Part shown: one piece after another, positions 13,246 to 22,213 of the stretch | How the letters are laid out: each line of letters starts with the position of its first letter | Position numbering within the stretch: the stretch's first letter is position 1 | From: a virus | Length of the DNA: 37,775 bases | Virus record (IMG/VR): IMGVR_UViG_3300044256_000031 | Direction: 5' to 3' (one strand) | Position numbers and translations under genes: made by a program | The notes under the pieces: model-generated | What the model was told of the DNA's origin: nothing | The model's database searches: none | Seen by the model: only the letters and a program-made list of their open reading frames with translations

Positions 13246-13548
13246 ATGTACGTTGAACCATGGATCTTCTGGCTCATTCTTGGGCCTGTTGCCGCCGTCA
13301 TGGCCCTCGCTGTTGGCTACCTGGTGCTCCTGCTGCTGGGCCTGCTGTCCCTGACTGTCGGTCTGTGTCTCTCTGCGGCCGCTGACTGGCTGACGGTGCG
13401 GACGGCGCACGCAGCGACCTGGGGTCTCGGGCACGCCGGCCCCCTTGCGCAGCTCACCGGGCGACATGGCCCCTGGCTCGATTATGTGGTCATGGCTGGA
13501 CTGCTCGTCGCCCTGTCGCTCGGCGCGGTCCTCTGGCTCGCAGCCTAG
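13246..13548 (+). CDS. Multi-TM small membrane protein (holin candidate)
   Basis: ATG preceded by GAAGGAG. 100 aa with about 3 hydrophobic segments. Confidence 0.6.
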   Translation: MYVEPWIFWLILGPVAAVMALAVGYLVLLLLGLLSLTVGLCLSAAADWLTVRTAHAATWGLGHAGPLAQLTGRHGPWLDYVVMAGLLVALSLGAVLWLAA

Positions 13549-15227
13549 TCCGTACTCCGCCCCCGCCCGCCCGGGGCCTGTCGGGATTCCTGTGGGGCAC
13601 GAATCGGGCGATCCTCTGCCGCCTCTGGGGCCAATGCCCGCCGGCCCACATTGACCAAAAAGCCCACGGCGTTCGGTGACAACGTCCCCCGGCCTTCGGT
13701 CACGGCATCCTTGAACCATTGACGACCCCAATCCGTCAGGAGGATTTTCCCCAGGCCCTGCCGTACCCCCGCAATGACTGGCAGCCGCGAGATCCCTTGC
13801 ACATCGGTCATGGATAATTCAACATCCTGATACAGCCTGGAAATCTCCTGCATCTCCGTATTGAACCGATCACGTGCCCCCGGCGTGACATCCAGCGAGC
13901 GGTTGATGCTTTTGGTCGCTTCGCTGCGCCCACGGCGTATCTCATCGACAAAGCTACTCAGCCGGAGGGTCGCATCCCCCAGGTTCGGCGTGGAAGAAAT
14001 CTTGTTCTCGATCAGTTCGCCCATGTCATCGGCGGCAGCCTTGTTGGCCCAATCCCGCCGCGCCGTATGGAGCGTGTCTCTGATCTGCGGCGTCGAGGCG
14101 TGCATGGCCCCTGAAGTCAGCCCAAAGTCAATCGCATCATCGACGGCGCCTTGCAGGTCCTGGACAAGCTGCCTGGCTTCGGGAGACCCACTGCGGAGGT
14201 GTTCTGCCCGCTGCCGGAGATGGCTGCGCATGGTCTGCAAATCCCCGATACTGCTCCCTGCCATCCCACGGCCGGTCGTGAGATCATGGTAGAGTTGGAC
14301 ATAGCGGCCTCCGGTGCGGTGCTCCCGGTCTAAGCCCGTCAGAACATTGAGCGTATCGGCCTGTTTGCCGGGAGAAAGGGTCGTGAGATGGTTGGTAATG
14401 TCCTGCGTATCGATGGTCAGGCCCGTGCGGCGCACGTCCTCGAACGCATCGCTAATCTGGTCGGCTGGACGTGGCTGAAAGATCCGCCCTGGTGCGCCAC
14501 GGGCCTCCGCCGCCGCCTGCGCCCCACGGAGGATTTTGCCGCCCGGCGTCTCGCGGGCAAATTGCCGCACGGTCTGCCGGCCCACAGACTCCGCCGCTTC
14601 TGGGCCCGCAGACCAGATCGCTTCATTGGCCATCTTGCGCCAGTCCATGGGCTCGCCAGCGCCCCATTGCCTGATCCCTTCCCCGGCCCCGGCTGCCACC
14701 CCCGCCGCGACAGGTTTCAGCGGGCCAGGCACCGCGAGCGTGGCCACCCCTTCAAGGACATTCGATGGGCCGGCCATGGCTTCAATCACTCCACGCACTG
14801 GCGCTGGGATATACTTTTTTCCTGCCTCGACGACAAGCTGTGACGGATCGGTGCCGGCATCGGGTGGCGCCTGCTGCCAGGGGAGGCGTTGCGTGCCGGC
14901 AAAGGCGCCTTTCAGGGCTTCCCATGCGGAGGGCCCCTGGCCTGGCGCCCACTCTTGCGGAGGAGCTGACGCGGGAATCGTGTCGCCCGCGGACGTTGGC
15001 TGCGGCAGCGCCTGCATCCTCTGGAGCATGGTGGCACGGTCCTCCTCGCTCGTATCCTTATCCTGCCAGAGCGACAGCGCTTCCTTGCGCTTCACCTTCC
15101 CCTGGTCATCCTCCCAGGATTTCCACAGAGGCGTATCCATGAGCGGGGCAAAATCAACGGCTGGCATCCTTGCACCCCCTGAGTACCACAGTGTATTGTG
15201 GGGCAACCTCGCACGAAATAGAGCCAC
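13545..15227 (-). CDS. Large virion/internal (ejection-type) protein
   Basis: 560-aa ORF in the late operon. An alternative ATG start lies at 15167. No recognisable enzymatic motif. Confidence 0.75.
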   Translation of the reverse strand: MALFRARLPHNTLWYSGGARMPAVDFAPLMDTPLWKSWEDDQGKVKRKEALSLWQDKDTSEEDRATMLQRMQALPQPTSAGDTIPASAPPQEWAPGQGPSAWEALKGAFAGTQRLPWQQAPPDAGTDPSQLVVEAGKKYIPAPVRGVIEAMAGPSNVLEGVATLAVPGPLKPVAAGVAAGAGEGIRQWGAGEPMDWRKMANEAIWSAGPEAAESVGRQTVRQFARETPGGKILRGAQAAAEARGAPGRIFQPRPADQISDAFEDVRRTGLTIDTQDITNHLTTLSPGKQADTLNVLTGLDREHRTGGRYVQLYHDLTTGRGMAGSSIGDLQTMRSHLRQRAEHLRSGSPEARQLVQDLQGAVDDAIDFGLTSGAMHASTPQIRDTLHTARRDWANKAAADDMGELIENKISSTPNLGDATLRLSSFVDEIRRGRSEATKSINRSLDVTPGARDRFNTEMQEISRLYQDVELSMTDVQGISRLPVIAGVRQGLGKILLTDWGRQWFKDAVTEGRGTLSPNAVGFLVNVGRRALAPEAAEDRPIRAPQESRQAPGGRGRSTD

Positions 15228-15229
15228 AG

Positions 15230-17266
15230 CTATCGTGCAATGAGCTTTTCAAGTTTCTCGACGTTCGGACCAGGCCCGAGCGGTGTAAGATCTTCTATAG
15301 GCAAAAGTTGACTGAACTGAATATTGCCTTCTTTGGCCAGCGGTTCATACACCGCCGTCAGTTCCGTGCGTGCGGTCGTCAGTTTTTCCTTCGCCATGGC
15401 ATGTGCAAGCCGAAGAAAGCGCTGCCGATTCTCTGGCGTCAAGCGGTCTCCTGCAAAGAAACGTTGTGGCGAGTTGAACCAGCGCTCCAACTCACCCTGC
15501 GCTGTCTCCACATTCTTCGCCTCTCCCGACATAACCGTACTGTTTGGGTCGAGGATTTTTGCCATGCCGTTGATAATCGCCAGATCGCCCTGTCCGCTGT
15601 CTGTTGCCGCCCCAATACGCACGTTCTGATAGCCGTTGCGGACATCCTGATAGAGCTTGAAGGTCGGCTCGGCTCTGATGTCACTCCGCAGCCCGGTCAG
15701 CAACTTGCGGCGGTCCTCGGGCAGCAGGGGCTGTGTCTGGCGTTCGCGTTCCAGGCCAGTTTTTGCCCGGGTAATCTCGGTCTCTTTCTGCACCGCGCGG
15801 GGAATCTCCTCCTGTCTGTCGCGGTCCGTACGCAAGTCGTCAATGTGTCGGGTCAGGTTGTCGGCGAGGGTATTCATGCCAGGATTCCCCCCCGCCGCCG
15901 CGGCGGCCTTCGCGGCCATGTCCCGTTGGCGCGTCAGCTCCGCAATCTTTGCGTCAATCCGTTGTACCTGCGGCCCCGTGGCCGGTCCCCGGGCCGTGGC
16001 CCCCACCTGCGCCCGTTGGAGGACACTGGGCACGTAGTCTTGCGTCTCCTGGGTCAGCGCCTTGAGATCCCCCTTGGCCGCATCGACCCGTCCTGGCCCC
16101 GCGTTATACGCCGCGAGGGCTTGCTGTTCATCGCCGTCGTAGCGCGTCAACATTTTGTCATAATAGCCCACGCCGCCCAGGATGTTCTGGCGCGTATCAA
16201 AGGGGTCTTTGACGCCCATTTCACGCTGCGTGGCCGGCATGAGTTGCATGTAGCCCTGCGCGCCCACTTTGGAGACGGCCTGGCGATCAAAATTGGACTC
16301 TTGCGCGATGATCGCCCTGGCAATCTCCGGACGCACCCTGGGATACTGCTTGACCGCCTCCTGCACGGCCGTCTCCACCTCGGCGGGCGCGGGCGTCCCG
16401 GTCGTGGTCGGCGCGGATTCCCCCCCAGGGGCCGCGCCGGAGGGCTTCATGAGTTCTGGCAGGAACACCGTGCGGTTATACTGCTCCGTCTGCGCCTTCT
16501 GCTCAGCATGCGCGGCCTGGGCCTGCGCTAACGTCGTCTGGGCATTCTCCAGCATGCTCTGCCCACTCGCGCTTAACGTCTCCATCGCTTCTTTCGAGTA
16601 GAATTGCGGCAACCGGGCCGCGTACTGCGTCAGGCCCGACTGCTGGAGATCATGGCGCATCGCCTCCAGGTCCTCCTGATTCTTGACCCCCTGGGACCGT
16701 CGTGTCAGATAGCCTGCGACCTTCTCGCGCATGCTCAGTTGCTGCTCCTGGATCTTCCACTGCCGGTCCTGCTGCCCCTGGTGCAGTTTCAGGATCTGCA
16801 CGCCCGCGTCAGGATCTTGACGCATCAGCGCCTCGATGGGGTTCTGCCGGGGCTGGGGCGCCAGCCCGCCAAGCGTGGACTGCGGCCCGCCACCTGGCAT
16901 CCCGCCGGGCGGCGGCGTGGCGAAGCGGCTGAGGTCCTGCCCACCGGGCACCGTCTGGGGTGCGCCCGGGGGCTGCCCTGGCATGACGGTCTGCTGCGTC
17001 ATGGGGGCACCACCCTGCGGCATGGTCAACGCGGGGCTCGCCAGGGTACTCCCCCCACCGCCGAGCACCAGCCCTGGGTTCTCCTGGAGCGCCTGGCGCG
17101 TACGGGCCGCTGTCTCCTGCTGTCGCGTCAGTGCGGCGAGTTCCAGCAGGCCAGTCTGGTTCTGGAGGTTGCCACTCCGGATACGGTTCTCGATCAACTC
17201 TTGTTCGTTATAGGGTTTGATCCCTGTGTCCCCAAGTGCCAACATCAACGATCCCAGGGTGGACAT
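15230..17266 (-). CDS. Internal virion protein with a soluble lytic transglycosylase (SLT) domain
   Basis: SLT motifs AIIAQESNFD, GYMQLMP and AAYNAGPGRV are present. RBS AGGAGGGGG is present. Confidence 0.85.
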   Translation of the reverse strand: MSTLGSLMLALGDTGIKPYNEQELIENRIRSGNLQNQTGLLELAALTRQQETAARTRQALQENPGLVLGGGGSTLASPALTMPQGGAPMTQQTVMPGQPPGAPQTVPGGQDLSRFATPPPGGMPGGGPQSTLGGLAPQPRQNPIEALMRQDPDAGVQILKLHQGQQDRQWKIQEQQLSMREKVAGYLTRRSQGVKNQEDLEAMRHDLQQSGLTQYAARLPQFYSKEAMETLSASGQSMLENAQTTLAQAQAAHAEQKAQTEQYNRTVFLPELMKPSGAAPGGESAPTTTGTPAPAEVETAVQEAVKQYPRVRPEIARAIIAQESNFDRQAVSKVGAQGYMQLMPATQREMGVKDPFDTRQNILGGVGYYDKMLTRYDGDEQQALAAYNAGPGRVDAAKGDLKALTQETQDYVPSVLQRAQVGATARGPATGPQVQRIDAKIAELTRQRDMAAKAAAAAGGNPGMNTLADNLTRHIDDLRTDRDRQEEIPRAVQKETEITRAKTGLERERQTQPLLPEDRRKLLTGLRSDIRAEPTFKLYQDVRNGYQNVRIGAATDSGQGDLAIINGMAKILDPNSTVMSGEAKNVETAQGELERWFNSPQRFFAGDRLTPENRQRFLRLAHAMAKEKLTTARTELTAVYEPLAKEGNIQFSQLLPIEDLTPLGPGPNVEKLEKLIAR

Positions 17267-17275
17267 CGCCCCCTC

Positions 17276-19210
17276 CTAACGATTCAGGCTCGCCAGTAGA
17301 CTGGTCGCATTATTCGTGGCCCCGCCCAGGGCGCGTTGCCAGGACAACGCCGGCCCCAAGGCCCCCAGACCCTGCGCATTGCCGAGCTGCCCGAGCAGAC
17401 TCGCTTGCTGCTGGGCATAGTTCGCCCCCTGCGTGCCGAGTTGACCTACGCTTGTTTGCCCGATGTTCGCAAGCCCAGCGAGCCTGTTCCACTGCGTCTG
17501 CTGGTTCTGGAGCTGGCTGTTGTACTGCGCCAGCATGCGCTCATAGTCCGTGGCGTTTTGCGCCGTATCCCGCCCGTACTGCGTCTGCGACTGCTGCATC
17601 ATGCGGTCGTAGACACTCTGGTCATACGCCTGGCGCTGCTGCTGCTCCCACTGCTGCCCGGTGAGCCCTTGCTGCCAGGCCGTCTGCTGCCCCTGCAGGG
17701 CCTGCTGCCAGTTCTGGCTCCCGGCCTGCTGCGCCAGGTGTTCCCGCACGCCCGTCTCCCCCATGGCCCGCGACCAGTCGAACTGCTGCCCGGCCATCCC
17801 CTGCTGCCACTGCTGCCCTTGCGCGCCGAGCACCTGCGAGAAGCCCTGCTGCGACGCTTGCTGCGCCATCTGCTCACGGAAGGCGGCTTCGGTCTGGGCC
17901 TGCGACCAGCCCTGTTGGGTGGCAACGTGTTGGAGCTGCTCGCGGAGCTGCGCCGCACTCATGGCCTGGCCAAAGTTTTGCGCCGTGGCCTGTTGGCCCC
18001 ATTGTTCGCGCATCTGGGCTTCCTGCGCCGCCTGCCCAAACCCTTGCTGCGTGGCGTATTGGTTCCAGCCCTCGCGCATCTGCGCCTGCTGGCTGGCGCG
18101 CTCGAAGGCGTTGCCGTACTCCTGCGAGGAGAGTTCCTGCCCCTGGCGCTGGAGGGCGGCCAGCGCCGGCCCGGAGAGCGCGCCGCCCCGCGCGGCCGCC
18201 GAGGCCTCCATGGCGTTGCGGCCTTCCTGGAGCCGAAAAGCCACGCCCGGATCGTTCGCGAGCAGCTCCTGCCCGCTCAAGGTCGGCACGGCCCCCGGCG
18301 TGTACCGATAGTCGGCGGCCCGGGGCGCACTGCCCGGGGTGTAGCGGTACTGCGCCGCGTCGGGAGTCTGGCCCGGCGTGTAGCGATAGTCCTGCGCCCG
18401 CGGTCCCTGGCCTGGCGTCCAGCGGTAGTCCCCCGCCTGCACGGCCTGCGGCCCCTGATAGCCGTACTGGCTGGCCTGGGGAACGGCCCCCGGCGTGTAG
18501 CGGTAGGCGTCCGGGTTTGGCACGCCCCAGAGGCCACCGCCCCCCGTCCCTGTGGCAGGGTCGCCCGTCATCCCATGCGTCATCATGCCGCTCATGTCCC
18601 CGCCGCCTGGACGTTGGGGTCCCGCGTACGCCATCGGGCTCCAGGTCGGGGCGATCTGCGGCAAGGCGTACCCGGCCCCACTGATGGACGGCGGCGGCTG
18701 GAAGGCCGCCTGCGGCCCCTGCCCGGCGAGCTGCTGGAGCTGTGGCAAGGCCTGCTGTCCGGCCTGGAGCCATGGCGCCTGATTGGCCTGCTGCTGGAGC
18801 CACTGCGCCGTCTGGAGGTCCATGCCCCGGTTCAGGGCCGCCGCCTGCTGCCGGGCCGCGTCGGCGCTGGCGTTGCTGCCAATGGCGCCACCCGCCAGCG
18901 ACCCCGCGCCACTCACGAGCGGGCCGAGCACGCCGGCGTGCTGGCCGAGGAAGCCGCCGACACTGCCGAGCGCACCGAGGATCGTGTTCCACCAGTTGCC
19001 GCTGCCTTCTCCCGTCAAGCTCGGATCGCCACTGGAGCCCGGGCCATACGGGTCGTTCCAGCTGAGGAAATCCTCGGAGCCCCCCATGCCGCTGAAATTG
19101 GTATATTCCGGCCCCGCCCCGCCAAAGGCATCGCCCCACCCTGGCGCCATGACCGTGCCGTAGCCCTCGCCACTGCCCAGGTCGAGATTCAGCCAATCCC
19201 ACTCGCTCAT
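17276..19210 (-). CDS. Gly/Gln-rich repetitive internal (ejection-type) protein
   Basis: 644 aa. It carries five (Y/W)R(Y/W)TPG repeats (nt 18293-18508) and about five 22-aa AQMREqWxQxATQQGFGQA repeats (nt 17681-18088). Confidence 0.8.
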   Translation of the reverse strand: MSEWDWLNLDLGSGEGYGTVMAPGWGDAFGGAGPEYTNFSGMGGSEDFLSWNDPYGPGSSGDPSLTGEGSGNWWNTILGALGSVGGFLGQHAGVLGPLVSGAGSLAGGAIGSNASADAARQQAAALNRGMDLQTAQWLQQQANQAPWLQAGQQALPQLQQLAGQGPQAAFQPPPSISGAGYALPQIAPTWSPMAYAGPQRPGGGDMSGMMTHGMTGDPATGTGGGGLWGVPNPDAYRYTPGAVPQASQYGYQGPQAVQAGDYRWTPGQGPRAQDYRYTPGQTPDAAQYRYTPGSAPRAADYRYTPGAVPTLSGQELLANDPGVAFRLQEGRNAMEASAAARGGALSGPALAALQRQGQELSSQEYGNAFERASQQAQMREGWNQYATQQGFGQAAQEAQMREQWGQQATAQNFGQAMSAAQLREQLQHVATQQGWSQAQTEAAFREQMAQQASQQGFSQVLGAQGQQWQQGMAGQQFDWSRAMGETGVREHLAQQAGSQNWQQALQGQQTAWQQGLTGQQWEQQQRQAYDQSVYDRMMQQSQTQYGRDTAQNATDYERMLAQYNSQLQNQQTQWNRLAGLANIGQTSVGQLGTQGANYAQQQASLLGQLGNAQGLGALGPALSWQRALGGATNNATSLLASLNR

Positions 19211-19231
19211 CCTGCTCTCCCTTCACAGTAG

Positions 19232-19587
19232 CCTCCGGGAAACCCAGGCTCTTGGAGCTTGGGAGGGATAGGAGGTTGGCTCGTAGAGCCAATTCCCTGT
19301 TAGCGGGACGCCAATTCCCTCTGCGCGTAGCGCACATTCCCCTTGCTTAGGTTACAAAATACTAGATAGACTTTTACCAGAGCTGAAGGCACACCAGCGA
19401 TGGTGCTGAAACGGTTGGGCTCTGGTTGTGCCGCCATACTTCTTTCCCGAGTTAAAAGGCATCAAGGTACACAGGCCGCAGTCAATCGGCCTAACGCGAG
19501 AAGGTACTTCTCGTAAAGTAGCGCATCGAACAGGGCTACCCTCTGTGTCGTGTAAGCCAGCTACAAGCCCAAGGATTTATCCTTGGG
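19232..19587 (+). ncRNA. Structured repeat element, copy B (about 356 nt), RNA sense on the plus strand
   Basis: Homologous to the reverse complement of 3073-3408, with covarying stems. The terminal hairpin loop contains the stop codon of CDS 19577..20698. Confidence 0.7.
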
Positions 19588-20698
19588 TGGTTGACCTGTG
19601 CAGGTTCGCCAGGGTGGGCTGCCGCCGCCGGGCCAGTCCCTGCATGACGCCCTGCGTGACGCCTTTGGCGGCCCCGAGTAAGCCCTGCACGCCACTCCCC
19701 GCCTGCCCAAGTTGCCCCGCCAGCCCGAGATAGCGACTGGCCTGCTGGAGCGGGTCGGCCCCCGGGATGCGCCCCAGCGACCCCGTGATCCGCCCGGCAC
19801 TCTGCGCCAGGCGCGCCGCATCACTGAGCGAGTGGATGCCCCCGCCCAGCACGTTGGTCAGGCCGCCAATGCCCCCGGCCAGCCCGCCCGCGATGCCCAG
19901 CCCCAGGCCCAGGTTCCGCAACCACGGCTGGTTGGTGGCGTGCCCAAGGACGCCCGCCCCGGTGCCCGCGATGCCCGAGAGCGTGCCGAGGCTCCCGAGC
20001 GTGGTGGCCAGGCCCGCGCCCCCCGCAAACAAGGGAGCGGCGGCCAAGCCACCCGTGGCCCCCAGGCCCAGCACGCCGAGCGCGCCGATGAGGTTGTCGC
20101 CCAGCGGGTTAAAGGCATCACTCGCCTGCGGCACACTGGCCCGATAGTCCCAATCGCCCGCCATGCCCACAACCTTGCGGTACAAGTCGCGTTCCTGCGT
20201 GGAGGCCTTCCCGGCTTCGAGCTTGTCGCGCAAGGTGAGCACAATCCCGCCCACGTCCGGGCTGCCGGGATCGAGCGACGTCCACCAGTCTTTGTTGGCG
20301 TGCTCCCCGGCGTACTCCCCCTGCCAGCCGGCCTGTAACTGGCTGATGTCGCGAGTGGGAATCGCCCTGGCTTGCTGCTCCCACTGCTGATACTGCTCCC
20401 GCTCCCAGGGCTGCGCCTGCCCCGCACGGACCCGGTCCCGCAAGGCCAGGAGCTCCGTCACATAGCCCGGCGCGGTCTCCGGCATACTCCCCTGCCAGGC
20501 ACGGTGCTCCGGCGCCCACTGAAAGGCCTCGTGCCCATACTGCGCCGTATTGCGATACTCCGGCAGTTTCGTCGTGCCCTCGATACCCCAGGTGATCTTC
20601 TCGCCATTCGGCAAGGTGATCTCGCCAGGTTCAGGGATGTTCGCCCCTTCCTCGCTCTCGTCCACAATGCCCGTGCCAGGAACATACCACTTGGCCAC
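19577..20698 (-). CDS. Gly-rich membrane-active internal/ejection protein
   Basis: 373 aa. GTG start with AGGAGG upstream. The C-terminal half is made of G/A/L-rich hydrophobic repeats. Confidence 0.75.
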   Translation of the reverse strand: MAKWYVPGTGIVDESEEGANIPEPGEITLPNGEKITWGIEGTTKLPEYRNTAQYGHEAFQWAPEHRAWQGSMPETAPGYVTELLALRDRVRAGQAQPWEREQYQQWEQQARAIPTRDISQLQAGWQGEYAGEHANKDWWTSLDPGSPDVGGIVLTLRDKLEAGKASTQERDLYRKVVGMAGDWDYRASVPQASDAFNPLGDNLIGALGVLGLGATGGLAAAPLFAGGAGLATTLGSLGTLSGIAGTGAGVLGHATNQPWLRNLGLGLGIAGGLAGGIGGLTNVLGGGIHSLSDAARLAQSAGRITGSLGRIPGADPLQQASRYLGLAGQLGQAGSGVQGLLGAAKGVTQGVMQGLARRRQPTLANLHRSTTQG

Positions 20699-20708
20699 TC
20701 AGCACCTC

Positions 20709-21311
20709 CTACGGCGGCGGCAGCAGCGCCGGCCACCACGTACACTGACACGTCAGCGCCCCGGCCGCGCCGTACCCCGCGCCCACGGGCTGCGCCAGCA
20801 CCTGATACGCACTCGGCACCGTGAAACCGCCCTGGCCACGCCAGCCGGTGCTACTGCCCGTGGTGCCTGCGGTCACGGCAGCCGCAACGCCCCAGCGATC
20901 CGCCACGACGCTATCGCCTACCAGCAGCCCGGTCAGCGTGCCCGTGAACGTCGTGACTATGCGCCACGTGACCCCCACCACCTGCGCCCCAGCCGGGGCC
21001 ATGGCGGCGAACGTGAGCCCCGCCGCGCCACTCACGGCCACGGTAAGCGTCGTCGTCTGCGGCTGCACGAGGGCGGCCACCTGGGCGGCGAGCGCGTCCA
21101 GCTCGGCCTGGAGCGTGGCCACGAGGGCCTCGAAGGCGTCGAGATCGCTCCGCAGGGCGTCCACGTCCCGACGTAAGACGGCAAGGTCCACCTGCGCCTG
21201 GCCAAGCTGGCGCGCGACGTCCGAAAGCCACCGTTGCCAGGGAGGCGTGATGATGGCCCCAGGCTGGATGAGGGCTTCCCGGGCAGGGGCGGGCGCGAGG
21301 ATGTCGGCCAC
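20709..21311 (-). CDS. Coiled-coil tail needle-like protein with a C-terminal knob related to the fibre repeat domain
   Basis: 200 aa. The heptad-like segment is LGQAQVDLAVLRRDVDALRSDLDAFEALVATLQAELDALAAQVAALV. The C-terminus contains LTGLLVGDSVVADRWG. Its position after the gp10-like gene matches P22 gp26. Confidence 0.65.
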   Translation of the reverse strand: MADILAPAPAREALIQPGAIITPPWQRWLSDVARQLGQAQVDLAVLRRDVDALRSDLDAFEALVATLQAELDALAAQVAALVQPQTTTLTVAVSGAAGLTFAAMAPAGAQVVGVTWRIVTTFTGTLTGLLVGDSVVADRWGVAAAVTAGTTGSSTGWRGQGGFTVPSAYQVLAQPVGAGYGAAGALTCQCTWWPALLPPP

Positions 21312-21331
21312 TGGTATTCCACCTTAAACTA

Positions 21332-21410
21332 TGGTATACTTCTAGGGTATACTTCGCTTGTGGGACTAGGGATTGCAACCCGAAAGCGCGTTTCCGGCGC
21401 GTTGTCCCAC
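21332..21410 (+). promoter_or_regulatory. Promoter-like boxes (TGGTATACT, TAGGGTATACT) plus a structured 5' leader for HNH gene 1
   Basis: TATACT lies at 21335-21340 and 21348-21353. A stem GTGGGAC (21360-66) / GTCCCAC (21404-10) encloses the conserved TAGGGATTGCAACCCGAAAGC. Confidence 0.5.
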
Positions 21411-21445
21411 ACACCAAACCGGACCCATCGACGGAGGATGGACTC

Positions 21446-22210
21446 ATGCCGCATAAAGACCCTGAAGTTGCGCGTGCCTACAGTCGTGCCTATCGCCGTA
21501 CTCACAACCAAAAGACCACTGCCTATAATCGTGCCTATGCTGCCGAGCACAAAGAAGAACTTGCCGCAAAGGCCGTCGTCTATCGCGACGTGAACAGAGA
21601 AAAACTGCGCGCACAAAGCCGCGCCTACGAGGCAGCGAATAAAGAGACACGCCTTGCGAGGGCTCGTGCATACAAAAAAATCTCTCAGGCGAAAAATCGC
21701 GAACGACTTCAGGTGATTAGCAAAGCGTACTATCACTCCCATCAAGAAGAACGCAAGGCGAAGAATCGTGCGTATCGTGCGGCCCATAGAGACCATTTCA
21801 ATGCTATCAGTAAAGCGTATTATGAAGCGCATAAAGACGATCCAATTGCTCGCGCCAAAAGACGTGCTGCACTTTCAGCATGGCAGAAAGCCAATCCTGA
21901 AAAAGTCATAGCAGCTACACATCGACGGAGAGCCCGCAAAGCTGGAGCCACCATCAATGACCTGACCGCCGCCCAATGGCGTGAGATGAAAGAGCATTAC
22001 GGCTACCGTTGCGTCTATTGTAGCCGTAAGATGCAACGCCTCACGCAAGATCACATCACTCCCGTAGGACCTGAAGGGCCACATACCGTACACAACGTTG
22101 TCCCTGCCTGCGGCTCCTGTAACTCAAAGAAGGGGCGAAAAGCTCCGCTGTGCCCTGTTCAGCCGTTGTTCTTGACCATTACACCACCAAGGAAAAAGAA
22201 AACCTCATGA
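21446..22210 (+). CDS. Free-standing HNH endonuclease with an N-terminal array of AY-rich helical repeats
   Basis: The C-terminus reads CVYCSRKMQRLTQDHITPV...HNVVPACGSCNSKKG. The N-terminus has repeated RAYxxAxKE-type units. GC content is low, and the gene is antisense to the late operon. Confidence 0.85.
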   Translation: MPHKDPEVARAYSRAYRRTHNQKTTAYNRAYAAEHKEELAAKAVVYRDVNREKLRAQSRAYEAANKETRLARARAYKKISQAKNRERLQVISKAYYHSHQEERKAKNRAYRAAHRDHFNAISKAYYEAHKDDPIARAKRRAALSAWQKANPEKVIAATHRRRARKAGATINDLTAAQWREMKEHYGYRCVYCSRKMQRLTQDHITPVGPEGPHTVHNVVPACGSCNSKKGRKAPLCPVQPLFLTITPPRKKKTS

Positions 22211-22213
22211 AAC

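Noticed and set aside
13039-13731. A 230-aa minus-strand ORF overlapping the plus-strand membrane-protein island
   Set aside because: The translation is rich in Gly, Arg and Pro and is largely antisense to well-formed TM-protein genes that have good RBS-start pairs.
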